Positions 1 through 9,549 of a stretch of DNA of 64,000 nucleotides are shown here, in pieces (position 1 is the stretch's first letter; each line of letters begins with the position of its first letter). The notes under the pieces are model-generated. The model was not told where the DNA came from, did no database searches, and was given only the letters and a program-made list of their open reading frames with translations. Origin of the DNA: Eubacteriales bacterium (GTDB lineage Bacteria > Bacillota > Clostridia > Christensenellales > UMGS416); contig JBFLKU010000003.1 in NCBI GenBank assembly GCA_040883315.1, positions 30,012 through 94,011 on the forward strand, given 5' to 3'. The translations under genes were made by a program, and so were the position numbers.

Positions 1-41
1 TATAAAAAAGCAACTAATTTAACACATCGAAGGAGACCACT

Positions 42-1055
42 ATGAAAAGAGCATTAATCACGGGGATAACCGGGCAAGATGGCTCATATTTAGCAGATTT
101 GCTGCTGGAAAAAGGATACGAAGTATATGGACTTCTGAGAAGAAAGAGCGTAGAAGACTTTGGGAATGCAGAGCATCTGGTAGACAAGGTGAAGTTTATA
201 TATGGAGATATGATAGATGGGGCGTCACTTATTAATGCTATGAAGATATCCAAGGCAGACGAGATATATAATTTGGCTGCACAGTCTTTTGTGGCTGCAT
301 CATGGCAGCAGCCTGTGGCAACGGCAAACATCAACGGAATGGGCGTGGTAAACATGCTGGAGGCTATAAAAACAGTTAAACCAGAGGCGAGGTTCTATCA
401 GGCATCTACAAGCGAAATGTTTGGACTGGCGCAGGACGTTCCGCAGAAGGAGACCACACCTTTTTATCCGAGAAGTCCATATGGAGCTGCAAAGCTATAT
501 GGACACTGGATAACAAAAAACTACAGAGAAAGCTACGGAAGCTATTCATGTTCCGGTATTTTATTCAATCACGAGTCGGAGAGACGAGGGAAAGAATTTG
601 TTACTAGAAAAATAACAGATGCAGTAGCTAGGATAAAGCTGGGCAGGCAAGAGTGCGTGGAGCTGGGCAATATGTCAGCTAAGCGGGACTGGGGGCACGC
701 AAAGGACTATGTAAACGCTATGTGGCTGATGCTGCAGCAGGATGCAGCAGAGGACTATGTGATAGCAACAGGCGAATCGTATTCGGTGCGAGATTTTGCG
801 CGCTTTGCTTTTGAAGCCGCAGGAATAAACATAGAATTTAAAGGTGAGGGACTGGATGAGACAGGTGTTGACACTGCAACAGGAAAAACCATAATAAAGG
901 TTAACCCGAAGTTTTTCAGGCCTGCGGAGGTGGAGATGCTGCTGGGAGATTCAAGCAAGGCGGAGAAAGAGCTGGGCTGGAAACGAGAGATTTCTTTCAA
1001 AGAGCTTGTTGAAAGAATGGTGAAAAACGATTTGAAATTAGTAATGGCAGAATAA
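42..1055 (+). CDS. gmd: GDP-mannose 4,6-dehydratase
   Basis: 337 aa. N-terminal Rossmann motif ITGITGQDGSYL and SDR YxxxK (YGAAKLY). Full-length Gmd-like sequence. GGAGA SD upstream of the ATG. Confidence 0.93.
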   Translation: MKRALITGITGQDGSYLADLLLEKGYEVYGLLRRKSVEDFGNAEHLVDKVKFIYGDMIDGASLINAMKISKADEIYNLAAQSFVAASWQQPVATANINGMGVVNMLEAIKTVKPEARFYQASTSEMFGLAQDVPQKETTPFYPRSPYGAAKLYGHWITKNYRESYGSYSCSGILFNHESERRGKEFVTRKITDAVARIKLGRQECVELGNMSAKRDWGHAKDYVNAMWLMLQQDAAEDYVIATGESYSVRDFARFAFEAAGINIEFKGEGLDETGVDTATGKTIIKVNPKFFRPAEVEMLLGDSSKAEKELGWKREISFKELVERMVKNDLKLVMAE

Positions 1056-1075
1056 GATAGATTGTTACATGAATC

Positions 1076-1102
1076 AAAAAGACGACATAAAGTCGTCTTT
1101 TT
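1076..1102. terminator. bidirectional intrinsic terminator between convergent gmd and the DUF362 gene
   Basis: AAAAAGACGAC-ataaa-GTCGTCTTTTT. Perfect 6-bp GC-rich stem flanked by an A-run and a T-run. Confidence 0.7.
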
Positions 1103-1124
1103 CTGCATTATATTTTGTTGGTTT

Positions 1125-2432
1125 TTATTCGTCAACTTCGTACACATTGGTAGCTTCATCGCTGAATCTCATTATATATCCCTTTTCCAGCAAAGGCACA
1201 AGTGAAAGGCGCATCCAGTGACCAAATGCTGTAGGGGTGCTGCTGTCATCTGTATATATTTTTGCGAGATTAGTGTTGCCTGCCGCTTTGGCTTCTGGCA
1301 AAAGCACTGAGTTTACAGCCCAAAAGTCCAGAGCGAATGGATCTGTGCTGACAGCGATTATTTGGGTATTTACGGCTTTATAGTATTCAGTTCTAGGGCC
1401 TCTGATTGGGTTTATCCATATAGCGTCTAGTATATTTAGCGTGGGTACTGTTGTTTCAGCCATAAGTGTTCCCATGCCCCCTGTATCTATAGAAAAGTGA
1501 GAAACGGTCTTTGTCAGCTTGTCCGAAGGTACGCCCATATAGTTTTTTATGCATGCTGTCACACCGTATGTTCCGTGGGTTTTTAATACAGGCATGTTTA
1601 TCACTTTGAACTTATCTTTGTCATATGTTTGCGTGCTGCTGTCCCATATTCCGTATTTAAAGCTTACTTGTGTGCCAAATGTTGTGGTAAATTTAGGATA
1701 GCTGACCTTTATCTCAGTTACAGGGTCTTTCTGGGAATACAATACAAATCCATCTTTATCATCCCCTTGTGAGTATTCATCTACTTGCTTCTTTGTAATG
1801 GTATCCCAAAGATATGTGGATACTTTATATTCATTTGAATATCTATCTGCTACATCCTGTGCAGACTGGCTGGTATCGATTGCGTTGTTTTCTTCCCAGT
1901 CTAGGCTTCCTCCATTTCTGAAAGACCCGTACTGTGCCTGCCCGTTGTCCGCCACTATTATTTCTCCTGTAAATCCATCCGGGTGATTAATAATGGCTTG
2001 GATTACTGAATCCAGCAAATCTGTGTTTGTGCCGCCGCGCTGATTCCATTGGGAATTCACCTTTAGCAGCACTACATCATCGGATGCTATCAATCCGTTT
2101 ATATTGATATCAGTTTTATAGAATGATAAATCCACTTCTTCCATTTTCTCCAGCAGCTTTTTGAAGTCTTCATATTCTCCCATGGTGTTTCTCAGCACTA
2201 CGATGTCGCTGGAAAGCTCATTAGGTATTTTAGGTGTAGCCTCAGGGGTCTCTGTGGCTTTGGGCTCAGGCTCTGGAGTGGTTTCTTTTATGCTTTCAGT
2301 TGGCATTTCTGTGTTCAATACCCTAGGAGTAGGTGTAGTGGTGATTCTGCTGTTTAGCACGCTGCACCCTAAGAAAATGGATGAGATGAGCAGAACCATA
2401 ATTAGAATCAAGATGACTTTTTTATTATTCAT
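1125..2432 (-). CDS. DUF362-domain lipoprotein (function unknown)
   Basis: 435 aa. Lipoprotein signal MNNKKVILILIMVLLISSIFLGC. T/P/E-rich linker. The C-terminal region resembles DUF362 (VLKTHGTYGVTACIKNYMGV). Confidence 0.6.
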   Translation of the reverse strand: MNNKKVILILIMVLLISSIFLGCSVLNSRITTTPTPRVLNTEMPTESIKETTPEPEPKATETPEATPKIPNELSSDIVVLRNTMGEYEDFKKLLEKMEEVDLSFYKTDININGLIASDDVVLLKVNSQWNQRGGTNTDLLDSVIQAIINHPDGFTGEIIVADNGQAQYGSFRNGGSLDWEENNAIDTSQSAQDVADRYSNEYKVSTYLWDTITKKQVDEYSQGDDKDGFVLYSQKDPVTEIKVSYPKFTTTFGTQVSFKYGIWDSSTQTYDKDKFKVINMPVLKTHGTYGVTACIKNYMGVPSDKLTKTVSHFSIDTGGMGTLMAETTVPTLNILDAIWINPIRGPRTEYYKAVNTQIIAVSTDPFALDFWAVNSVLLPEAKAAGNTNLAKIYTDDSSTPTAFGHWMRLSLVPLLEKGYIMRFSDEATNVYEVDE

Positions 2433-2446
2433 TATGTTTCCCCTTT

Positions 2447-3382
2447 CTAGATAATCAGAATTAGGTCGATAAGTAAGCCTAATATTATGCTGATAGCTAC
2501 AATGAACATCAGATATAATAGAAGGTATTTTTTATTAATCATTGTCGATATTGCTAAAACATTGTTAATTTTTGTTCCAGGACCAGCTACTACAAATGCC
2601 ATAATTGAGCCAGTAGACATTCCATAGCTCATCCATGAGTGTATCAGTGCTATTGTTCCGCCTCCGCAGAAATAGAGAGGCACTCCCAGTGCTGCGCCAA
2701 AAAGAACCCCTAGTCCTGTGTTATTTACAAATATATTGGTGAAGATGTCTTTTGGCATAAATTTTTCAAACACTGCTGTCAGTGCTACGCCAAGCAGCAG
2801 ATAGGGAGCGGTTTTTTTAAAGCTTTTATATATATTATTCAGAAGCAGCTGGTATTTTGCTCTTTTTTTGTTTTTTGGCGTATCTTCAAACGTGAAGCTG
2901 AAAATTTCTTTATTTTTCAGGAATATTCTTGCTAGTATGCCGGCAATAAATCCTGTTAAAATGCAAATGAGAAGACGCAAAAGAGCGATATCTGCACCCA
3001 GAACAAAGCTATAGAATACAACGTTTGGATTAATAAGAACTGAGGTGACTATAAAAGATATTAAAACCGATTGATGCATTCCTTTGCTATGCATCAGAAT
3101 AACAATAGGAACCATTCCATACATAGTGATGGGTGAAAGTGCACCAAGGACACTTCCTATTATTATGGCAAGATATATTGATTTGTAATTATTGATTTTG
3201 TTTAGAAGATTTGTGAGCTGACTGTCAAAATAAACCGACAAAACAGAACCTGCCAGTATGCCAACTGCCCAAAACGGCACTATCAGCTTGAGCTGGTATA
3301 AAACCAGATAGATAAAATCTATAATATGATAACGAACATAGTCCATTTTTATACCTATGGTTTGGTCGCCCTTGTAACGCAA
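2447..3382 (-). CDS. polytopic permease, UPF0718/DUF318 (ArsP-like) family
   Basis: Multi-TM protein with an FCGGGT segment. It ends 14 nt before the DUF362 gene, so the two look co-transcribed. The track start is a TTG at 3382. The ATG at 3346 (MDYVRY...) is more likely given the promoter at 3395-3422. Confidence 0.6.
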   Translation of the reverse strand: MRYKGDQTIGIKMDYVRYHIIDFIYLVLYQLKLIVPFWAVGILAGSVLSVYFDSQLTNLLNKINNYKSIYLAIIIGSVLGALSPITMYGMVPIVILMHSKGMHQSVLISFIVTSVLINPNVVFYSFVLGADIALLRLLICILTGFIAGILARIFLKNKEIFSFTFEDTPKNKKRAKYQLLLNNIYKSFKKTAPYLLLGVALTAVFEKFMPKDIFTNIFVNNTGLGVLFGAALGVPLYFCGGGTIALIHSWMSYGMSTGSIMAFVVAGPGTKINNVLAISTMINKKYLLLYLMFIVAISIILGLLIDLILII

Positions 3383-3394
3383 AGGGTATTATAT

Positions 3395-3422
3395 ATTATA
3401 GCAAAAAAATATTTTTATACAA
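3395..3422 (-). promoter_or_regulatory. SigA-type promoter of the permease/DUF362 operon
   Basis: On the minus strand: TTGTAT, 16 nt, TATAAT. Confidence 0.45.
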
Positions 3423-3462
3423 AACTTTATTTTAAAAGAGAGAAATTAACACTTAATATAAT

Positions 3463-3488
3463 AAAAAAACCGCCTAATTAAGGCGGAT
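3463..3488 (-). terminator. intrinsic terminator after typA
   Basis: On the minus strand: CCGCCTtaattaAGGCGG followed by a run of 7 T. Confidence 0.7.
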
Positions 3489-3512
3489 TTCAATACTTAT
3501 TATATGCTTTGG

Positions 3513-5339
3513 CTATTTTGCCTTAGATTCAGCAGACAGCCTTTTTTCTTTGTTCAAAATTTTCTTCCTTAGTCGGAGTGACTTCGGAGTGACCTCTAGA
3601 AGCTCATCATCCTCTATAAATAAAAGCTTTTCTTCTAGGCTCATGTATCTCGGGCTAGATAATATTATGCTATCGTCTTTTCCTGATGCACGCATATTTG
3701 TCAGCTTCTTTTCTCTGCAGACGTTCACGTTCACATCCTCCGGCTTGGGGCATAGTCCAACTATCATTCCCTCGTACACTTGCTCACCAGCACCAATAAA
3801 TAGCTGTCCTCTTTTTTGTGCTGTATTTAGTGCATAGCTTGTGGATTTTCCCTGCTCTGTAGCCACCAAAACACCCGGACGAGTTCTTGGGATGTCGCCC
3901 ATCCACTGCCCGTAATGGTCGAATACGGAGCTCATTATGGCTTCGCCTTTTGTATTGGTCAGAAGCTCATCACGAAATCCAAAAAGTGCACGGGATGCGA
4001 TGTGGAATTCTAGTCTCACTCTTCCGTCTTTTGGATGCATATCCAGCATAGTTGCTTTCCTTAGGTTAAGCTTGCTCAATATAGTTCCGGAATGCTCTTC
4101 GGGCGAGTCTATCACCAGATGCTCTATTGGCTCTTTCTTGCCTTCATCATCTATTCTTACGATTATGTTTGGTTTTGATACCATAAATTCATAGCCTTCT
4201 CTGCGCATTGTTTCCACCAATATTGAAAGGTGAAGTTCTCCTCTGCCGCACACTCTGAAGCTATCGGTACTCTCAGTAGGCTCTATTCTAAGTGCTACAT
4301 CAGCCTTTGCTTCTCTTTCTAGTCTGGCAGCAATGTGACGGGATGTAACCATATCACCTTCTTTGCCTGCCAATGGACCATTGTTTACAGAGAAAGTCAT
4401 TGCTACAGTTGGCTCAGAAACCTTAAGCACAGGCATTGGCTCCATGGCATCTGGGCTGCAGATAGTGTCTCCGATATTTATGGAGTCTATCCCACTTATA
4501 GCTACAATGTCACCAATTGAAGCACTTTCAACTGGTATTTTGCTTAGTCCTTCAAACATCATTATGCTGGTTATTTTTGTGGACATTTGTGATACTTTGC
4601 CGTCAGTCGGATTGCATATTATCACGCTGTCGCCGATTTTTATTGTTCCTCTGTCTACACGACCAATGGAAATCCTGCCTACATAATTAGAGTGATCTAT
4701 AGTAGAGACCTGCATTCTGAATGGTGCATCCGCATTTCCAACAGGGCAGGGAATATGCTCTATTATTGACTTGAGAAGCGGCTCTAGACCATCAGCCATA
4801 GTATCAGGGGTAAGCCCCGATATTCCGTCTCTGCCTGATGCATAGATGACAGGGCTATCTAGCTGCTCGTCGTCTCCGCCCAGCTCCATCAGAAGCATTA
4901 ATGTATCGTCTACTGCTCTTGCACAGTCTGCATCTGGCTTGTCTGCTTTGTTCACTACTATTATCAATGGCAACGACAGTGCCATTGCCTTGGAGAGCAC
5001 AAACCTTGTCTGCGGCATAGGACCCTCTGCAGCGTCCACCAGCACTATAGCACCGGATACCATGGAAAGCACACGCTCCACTTCGCCGCCAAAGTCAGCA
5101 TGCCCTGGTGTATCAACAATATTTATTCTTACACCGTCGTATATTACAGAGGTGTTTTTTGATAGTATTGTTATGCCGCGTTCTCTTTCTAAATCGTTTG
5201 AGTCCATGGCTCTTTCTGTGGTTTGCTGATTATCACGGAACATCCCGCTTTGTTTGAACATTGTATCTACAAGTGTAGTTTTGCCGTGGTCAACGTGGGC
5301 AATTATAGCTACATCTCTAATGTCTTTTCTTTTTAGCAT
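3513..5339 (-). CDS. typA: translational GTPase TypA/BipA
   Basis: 608 aa. G1 motif AHVDHGKTT and DTPGHADF. EF-G-like domain order typical of BipA. Confidence 0.95.
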   Translation of the reverse strand: MLKRKDIRDVAIIAHVDHGKTTLVDTMFKQSGMFRDNQQTTERAMDSNDLERERGITILSKNTSVIYDGVRINIVDTPGHADFGGEVERVLSMVSGAIVLVDAAEGPMPQTRFVLSKAMALSLPLIIVVNKADKPDADCARAVDDTLMLLMELGGDDEQLDSPVIYASGRDGISGLTPDTMADGLEPLLKSIIEHIPCPVGNADAPFRMQVSTIDHSNYVGRISIGRVDRGTIKIGDSVIICNPTDGKVSQMSTKITSIMMFEGLSKIPVESASIGDIVAISGIDSINIGDTICSPDAMEPMPVLKVSEPTVAMTFSVNNGPLAGKEGDMVTSRHIAARLEREAKADVALRIEPTESTDSFRVCGRGELHLSILVETMRREGYEFMVSKPNIIVRIDDEGKKEPIEHLVIDSPEEHSGTILSKLNLRKATMLDMHPKDGRVRLEFHIASRALFGFRDELLTNTKGEAIMSSVFDHYGQWMGDIPRTRPGVLVATEQGKSTSYALNTAQKRGQLFIGAGEQVYEGMIVGLCPKPEDVNVNVCREKKLTNMRASGKDDSIILSSPRYMSLEEKLLFIEDDELLEVTPKSLRLRKKILNKEKRLSAESKAK

Positions 5340-5468
5340 TTATTTTTTATTTCTCGCTTTCTCTTTTCCGCTTGTTTTCGATTTGCCACAGGTATTATAA
5401 CACAGTTTTTGTAAAAATAAAGATTTATTATTTGAACAGTGTATAAATATATTGTGATAAAACGCATT

Positions 5469-5492
5469 AAAAAACCCCCATTATCAGGGGGC
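5469..5492 (-). terminator. intrinsic terminator after the rhodanese lipoprotein gene
   Basis: On the minus strand: CCCCCtgataatGGGGG followed by a T-run. Confidence 0.75.
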
Positions 5493-5508
5493 TTAGACTT
5501 AATATAAA

Positions 5509-7146
5509 TCAATCTGCCAGCGGCAGCTTTTGGTCTATGTATTCTGTCATTCCAGAATCTAGAGCGAGGGCATTATACCCCAGATTTCTCAGTATTGCTG
5601 TTATCTGGTGAGCAGCCTGGCCGGAATAGTCTGCAATTATCAGATTAGTGCTATGCAGCTTAGAAATAGATTCTGGCATATTCTCGTCAATTCTGATATT
5701 TGTAGCGCCATCTATGTGCCCGGCATTAAAGTCCTTTTCTGATCTTATGTCTATTACGATAAACTGTTCTCTATCTATTGCTCGTTTAACATCTTCCGAA
5801 TTTATCATATAGCTATTCATTTCAATTGCATTTGCGAAATAGTCCTGTGCGGAGCTAAGCAGGAATGGATTGATTTTAGAATCCACTGAAGGCATTTCAT
5901 TAGCATTGGTATTTATATATTTTTCATATCCTTTTGAGGAACTGATGGCTTCAAATCCGCCTTGAATAGATACTGCATCAATACCTATTATATTGCACAT
6001 AATAGAAGCCTGACTAGCGGTTTGACCGTCACTGCTGTATATATATATTCTCTCATCATCAGGCAGCAGAGATATTTTTTCTGCCAGATCTTCGCCCCAT
6101 TCAGCCAGATACGCACCGGTGACATGACCTTCGCTGTATTCCTTTTTTGTCCGTATGCTTAGTATATAAGGAGCTTCTGAATTGTCTATCATATTTGCAA
6201 TATCTGCCCATTGTGCCACAATGGAGCCTGTATATTCTTCAAAAAAGCTATTGGCGGCCCTTTCCATAATGTATGGCTGCCAGCCTAGATTTATGCCTAG
6301 CTTTAGTGCATATGCGTCATACCCCAGTGCGTGAAGCACCGCAACCACATGACCGGAGTTTTGACCATTATAATCAGTTAGTATTATTTTGCTGTCCTTA
6401 TATTTTTCGAAATCATCCAGCATATTTTCACCAAAAGGCACATTTACAGCAGTTTCTATATGACCTCTTTCAAAATCTTCCGCATCCCTTATATCTATAA
6501 GTTTAACATTGCCCCATTGGGAGAGAGTATTTACTTGACTGGCTGGCAGTATATTGCTGCCTTTATCCGGTATAGCATTAAAATAATCCTTAACGAATTT
6601 TAAAATATCTTTGTCGAATTTTGCATCAGCATCTGGTAGGGTATTTTCTTTTCTGGAAATATAGTCTTTGTATCTTGGGGATTTCAAAAAGCCTTCCGTG
6701 TATCCTAGATTTATGGATACGGCGTCAATGCCGAGCATATTGAGAAGAGCAGCAGTCTGAGATGAATCCTGTCCGTTATCACAATATATATATACTCTCT
6801 TATCTTTTGGCAGCATATCTATTTTGTCTGCCAAGTCTTCGCCCCATTCTGCGATATATGCACCTTTTATATGTCCTTTATCATATAGTTTTTGCTGGCG
6901 TATGCTTAGAATGAAAGGAGCTTTATCGCTGTCTATCAGACGCAGCACTTCACTCCATTCCACAATTTTATCGTCTGAATATTCTGTTATGAACGACACT
7001 GCAGCACTCACCAAATTGCTTTCTTCCACAGTCTCTTTTTTATCTGTAGGTGCAATAGTTGGATCTGAAGAAGCATTCTGTATTTTACATGCAGATATTT
7101 GAACCAATAAAATAACGGAGACAATAACTGCCAGTAATTTTTTCAT
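5509..7146 (-). CDS. lipoprotein with four rhodanese-like domains (internal tandem duplication)
   Basis: Lipobox VQISAC. Four rhodanese-type domains in two duplicated halves. Only the first has an active-site Cys (YCDNGQDS). The others read TDYNGQNS, YSSDGQTA and ADYSGQAA. The track start at 7149 is TTG. The adjacent ATG at 7146 is preferred. Confidence 0.8.
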   Translation of the reverse strand: MKKLLAVIVSVILLVQISACKIQNASSDPTIAPTDKKETVEESNLVSAAVSFITEYSDDKIVEWSEVLRLIDSDKAPFILSIRQQKLYDKGHIKGAYIAEWGEDLADKIDMLPKDKRVYIYCDNGQDSSQTAALLNMLGIDAVSINLGYTEGFLKSPRYKDYISRKENTLPDADAKFDKDILKFVKDYFNAIPDKGSNILPASQVNTLSQWGNVKLIDIRDAEDFERGHIETAVNVPFGENMLDDFEKYKDSKIILTDYNGQNSGHVVAVLHALGYDAYALKLGINLGWQPYIMERAANSFFEEYTGSIVAQWADIANMIDNSEAPYILSIRTKKEYSEGHVTGAYLAEWGEDLAEKISLLPDDERIYIYSSDGQTASQASIMCNIIGIDAVSIQGGFEAISSSKGYEKYINTNANEMPSVDSKINPFLLSSAQDYFANAIEMNSYMINSEDVKRAIDREQFIVIDIRSEKDFNAGHIDGATNIRIDENMPESISKLHSTNLIIADYSGQAAHQITAILRNLGYNALALDSGMTEYIDQKLPLAD

Positions 7147-7324
7147 CAACCTTTTCCTTTCGTTCTATATATTGTGTTTATAAAAAATACGATTAATCGA
7201 TAATGTTGTATACTACATATAATATAATAATAATCCTCTTTTTAAGAAACTTCAACAATAAAAAACATACCCATAGTAATTATCATCAAAATTATATTAG
7301 CACACCATTTTGAATATTAGTACT

Positions 7325-7349
7325 AAAAAAGCCTGCTTAAAAAGCAGGC
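7325..7349 (-). terminator. intrinsic terminator after the DUF1232 gene
   Basis: On the minus strand: GCCTGCTttttaAGCAGGC followed by TTTTTT. Confidence 0.75.
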
Positions 7350-7359
7350 GAAGGTAATT

Positions 7360-7806
7360 TTATTTTTCTTCTTCCGGGTCTATTATAAGTACAGTGTTGT
7401 CTTCCTCGTCTTGCTTTTGCTGTTCTTTCCATTTTTTATATTCATCTAAATCCTTGCTGATCTGCTTGAAAATAAAAACTAAAACAGCTGCATCGTCTCC
7501 AAAGCCAAGACCTACAATAAAATCTGGAATCAAATCCAGAGGCATAACAAAATATATTATACCTACAGTAATCATCGCAATAGACTTAAAAGGAATAACC
7601 TTGTATCTGCCCTTTACCCAGTCATCAAAAACGCTGAAAAATAGTTGTATCTTCTCCCATGCATCGTGCAAGGGGCCTTTTTTCTTTTCTGCCTTTTCTT
7701 TTGCATTCTCCAGCAGTCCCATTGCCTTTTCTCTATCATTGAGATATTCGTTTGCTTTGTTTTTGTATTTTGTATATCCCTTTTTTCCTACTTTTTCTTG
7801 GTTCAT
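7360..7806 (-). CDS. DUF1232 (YkvA-like) membrane protein
   Basis: 148 aa. Hallmark DLIPDFIVGLGFGDDAAV segment in a hydrophobic hairpin, with charged termini. Confidence 0.7.
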   Translation of the reverse strand: MNQEKVGKKGYTKYKNKANEYLNDREKAMGLLENAKEKAEKKKGPLHDAWEKIQLFFSVFDDWVKGRYKVIPFKSIAMITVGIIYFVMPLDLIPDFIVGLGFGDDAAVLVFIFKQISKDLDEYKKWKEQQKQDEEDNTVLIIDPEEEK

Positions 7807-7978
7807 TCAATTCTCCTTTATTATTTGTTTTAAAGAATTAATATAATTGAGATATTTTTATATTTAGCTTATAATATCACAGGAAGTAATCAATGTCGAT
7901 TGCTAATATTGGGAAAATATTGATGAATAAGTGGTATAATAAATAATAGAGCAAAAACCGGAAAGACATAAATGGGCT

Positions 7979-8542
7979 ATGAGTAAATTATTTGATACAA
8001 AAAAAGAGGCTATAGCAGACTTCGCAAAGTACGCTATTTTATTGACGGATATTAAAAACAGAGAGCACGCTGCCGTATTAAGAGAAAAAGACGGAAAGTT
8101 TTTTTATACAAAAATAGAAAAAGGATTTCATAGCACTGTATGGCCTACTGCTATAAAAAATATGCTGCTTAGCGGCACTAAATATTTTTTGCATACTCAT
8201 CCAAATCATGGAACTAAGACACCAAAAGGCAACAATAAAGACAATATACCATTTTCAGGAGTGCCGGGAAGCAAAAAAGCAAAGGACGCGGGGGATGCTA
8301 TGGTGGTGGATGTGCTGGGCTACGACGGCATATATCTGGTGTCTGCAATGGGCAATGTTTACCTATATGAAGGCATGGGAAAAACTGATGAAAATGATAA
8401 CACACATGCTGATACTGAAAAGGAGCTTGAAAACTTGAAGCCGATATTTACTGGCATGACACAGTCTAAATACTGCTATAAAAAGGTAGAAAGAAAGAAA
8501 AAAAGAGCTCAAAAATATGAAGTTCAATCATGGAATCCATGA
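7979..8542 (+). CDS. hypothetical protein with HTHP...FS motif (DUF4329-like / JAB-like, tentative)
   Basis: 187 aa with no signal peptide. Carries FLHTHPNHG followed by IPFSGVPGS. The C-terminal tail is K/E-rich. The family assignment is from memory only. Confidence 0.4.
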   Translation: MSKLFDTKKEAIADFAKYAILLTDIKNREHAAVLREKDGKFFYTKIEKGFHSTVWPTAIKNMLLSGTKYFLHTHPNHGTKTPKGNNKDNIPFSGVPGSKKAKDAGDAMVVDVLGYDGIYLVSAMGNVYLYEGMGKTDENDNTHADTEKELENLKPIFTGMTQSKYCYKKVERKKKRAQKYEVQSWNP

Positions 8543-8621
8543 TTTGCTTGCAACAATTTTCTTTACTAGACTTGCAAAATATAGTAGCATGATATAATAA
8601 GATGTAAAAACAGAAAGACTT

Positions 8622-9506
8622 ATGGGAAATATAATGGAAAAGAAAAAAACAAATATCGCAATATTATACGATTTTGACAATACATTGTGCACAAAAGATA
8701 TGCAGGAGTATAGCTTCATTCCGAACCTTGGAATGAAAGCAGAGGATTTTTGGGAGGAGTGCAATGAATTTTCAAAGTCCGAAAAAATGGACAGCATACT
8801 TACATGCATGTATAAGATGATAGACAAATCGAACGCAAACCACAATTCTATACAAAGGGAAGACTTTGTGAGGCTGGGAAGCGAAATAGAATTTTTCCCT
8901 GGCGTGGAAAAATGGTTTGATATAATCAATAAACACGGTGAGAGCCTTGGGCTGAATGTGGAGCACTTCATCATATCCTCGGGATTAAAGGAGATAATTG
9001 AGGGTACGGTAATTGCAAAAGAGTTCAGAGAGATATATGCCTGTGAGTATTATTATGACCACAATGGCATAGCCATATGGCCAAAGATGGCAATCAACTA
9101 CACAAACAAAACACAGTTTCTATTCAGAATAAATAAGGGAGTATTTGATATATCAAACAACTGTGACTTGAATAGAGTAATTCCTGAAAATGAAAGACAT
9201 ACACCATTTACAAATATGATATATCTGGGCGATGGAATGACGGACATACCCTGCATGAAGCTGGTGAAAGATAGAGGCGGCAAATCCATAGCTGTGTATA
9301 AGGAAGGGCAGAAAAACAAAGTAGACTCTTTGCTGATAGATGACAGAGTAGACTTTTTGTCCCTAGCTGACTACAGAGAGGACAATGAGCTGATGGATAT
9401 AGTGAAAAGTGTTATGCTGAAGGTGGCGTCTCAGAGTGCACTGGAGGAGATACATAAGAACCACATGGATGATGTGGAGGCAAGTGAAGCAAAATTTGAA
9501 TGCTAA
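8622..9506 (+). CDS. HAD-superfamily hydrolase
   Basis: Motif I is LYDFDNTL (DxDxT) and motif IV is YLGDGMTDIPCM. 294 aa. Confidence 0.7.
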   Translation: MGNIMEKKKTNIAILYDFDNTLCTKDMQEYSFIPNLGMKAEDFWEECNEFSKSEKMDSILTCMYKMIDKSNANHNSIQREDFVRLGSEIEFFPGVEKWFDIINKHGESLGLNVEHFIISSGLKEIIEGTVIAKEFREIYACEYYYDHNGIAIWPKMAINYTNKTQFLFRINKGVFDISNNCDLNRVIPENERHTPFTNMIYLGDGMTDIPCMKLVKDRGGKSIAVYKEGQKNKVDSLLIDDRVDFLSLADYREDNELMDIVKSVMLKVASQSALEEIHKNHMDDVEASEAKFEC

Positions 9507-9530
9507 ACATTAAATATATAGATACAAAAA

Positions 9531-9549
9531 AATAAGGGGTTAACCCTTA
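9531..9549. terminator. bidirectional hairpin between the convergent HAD and MerR genes
   Basis: ATAAGGGgttaacCCCTTAT palindrome flanked by an A-run and a T-run. It overlaps the 3' end of the MerR gene. Confidence 0.55.
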
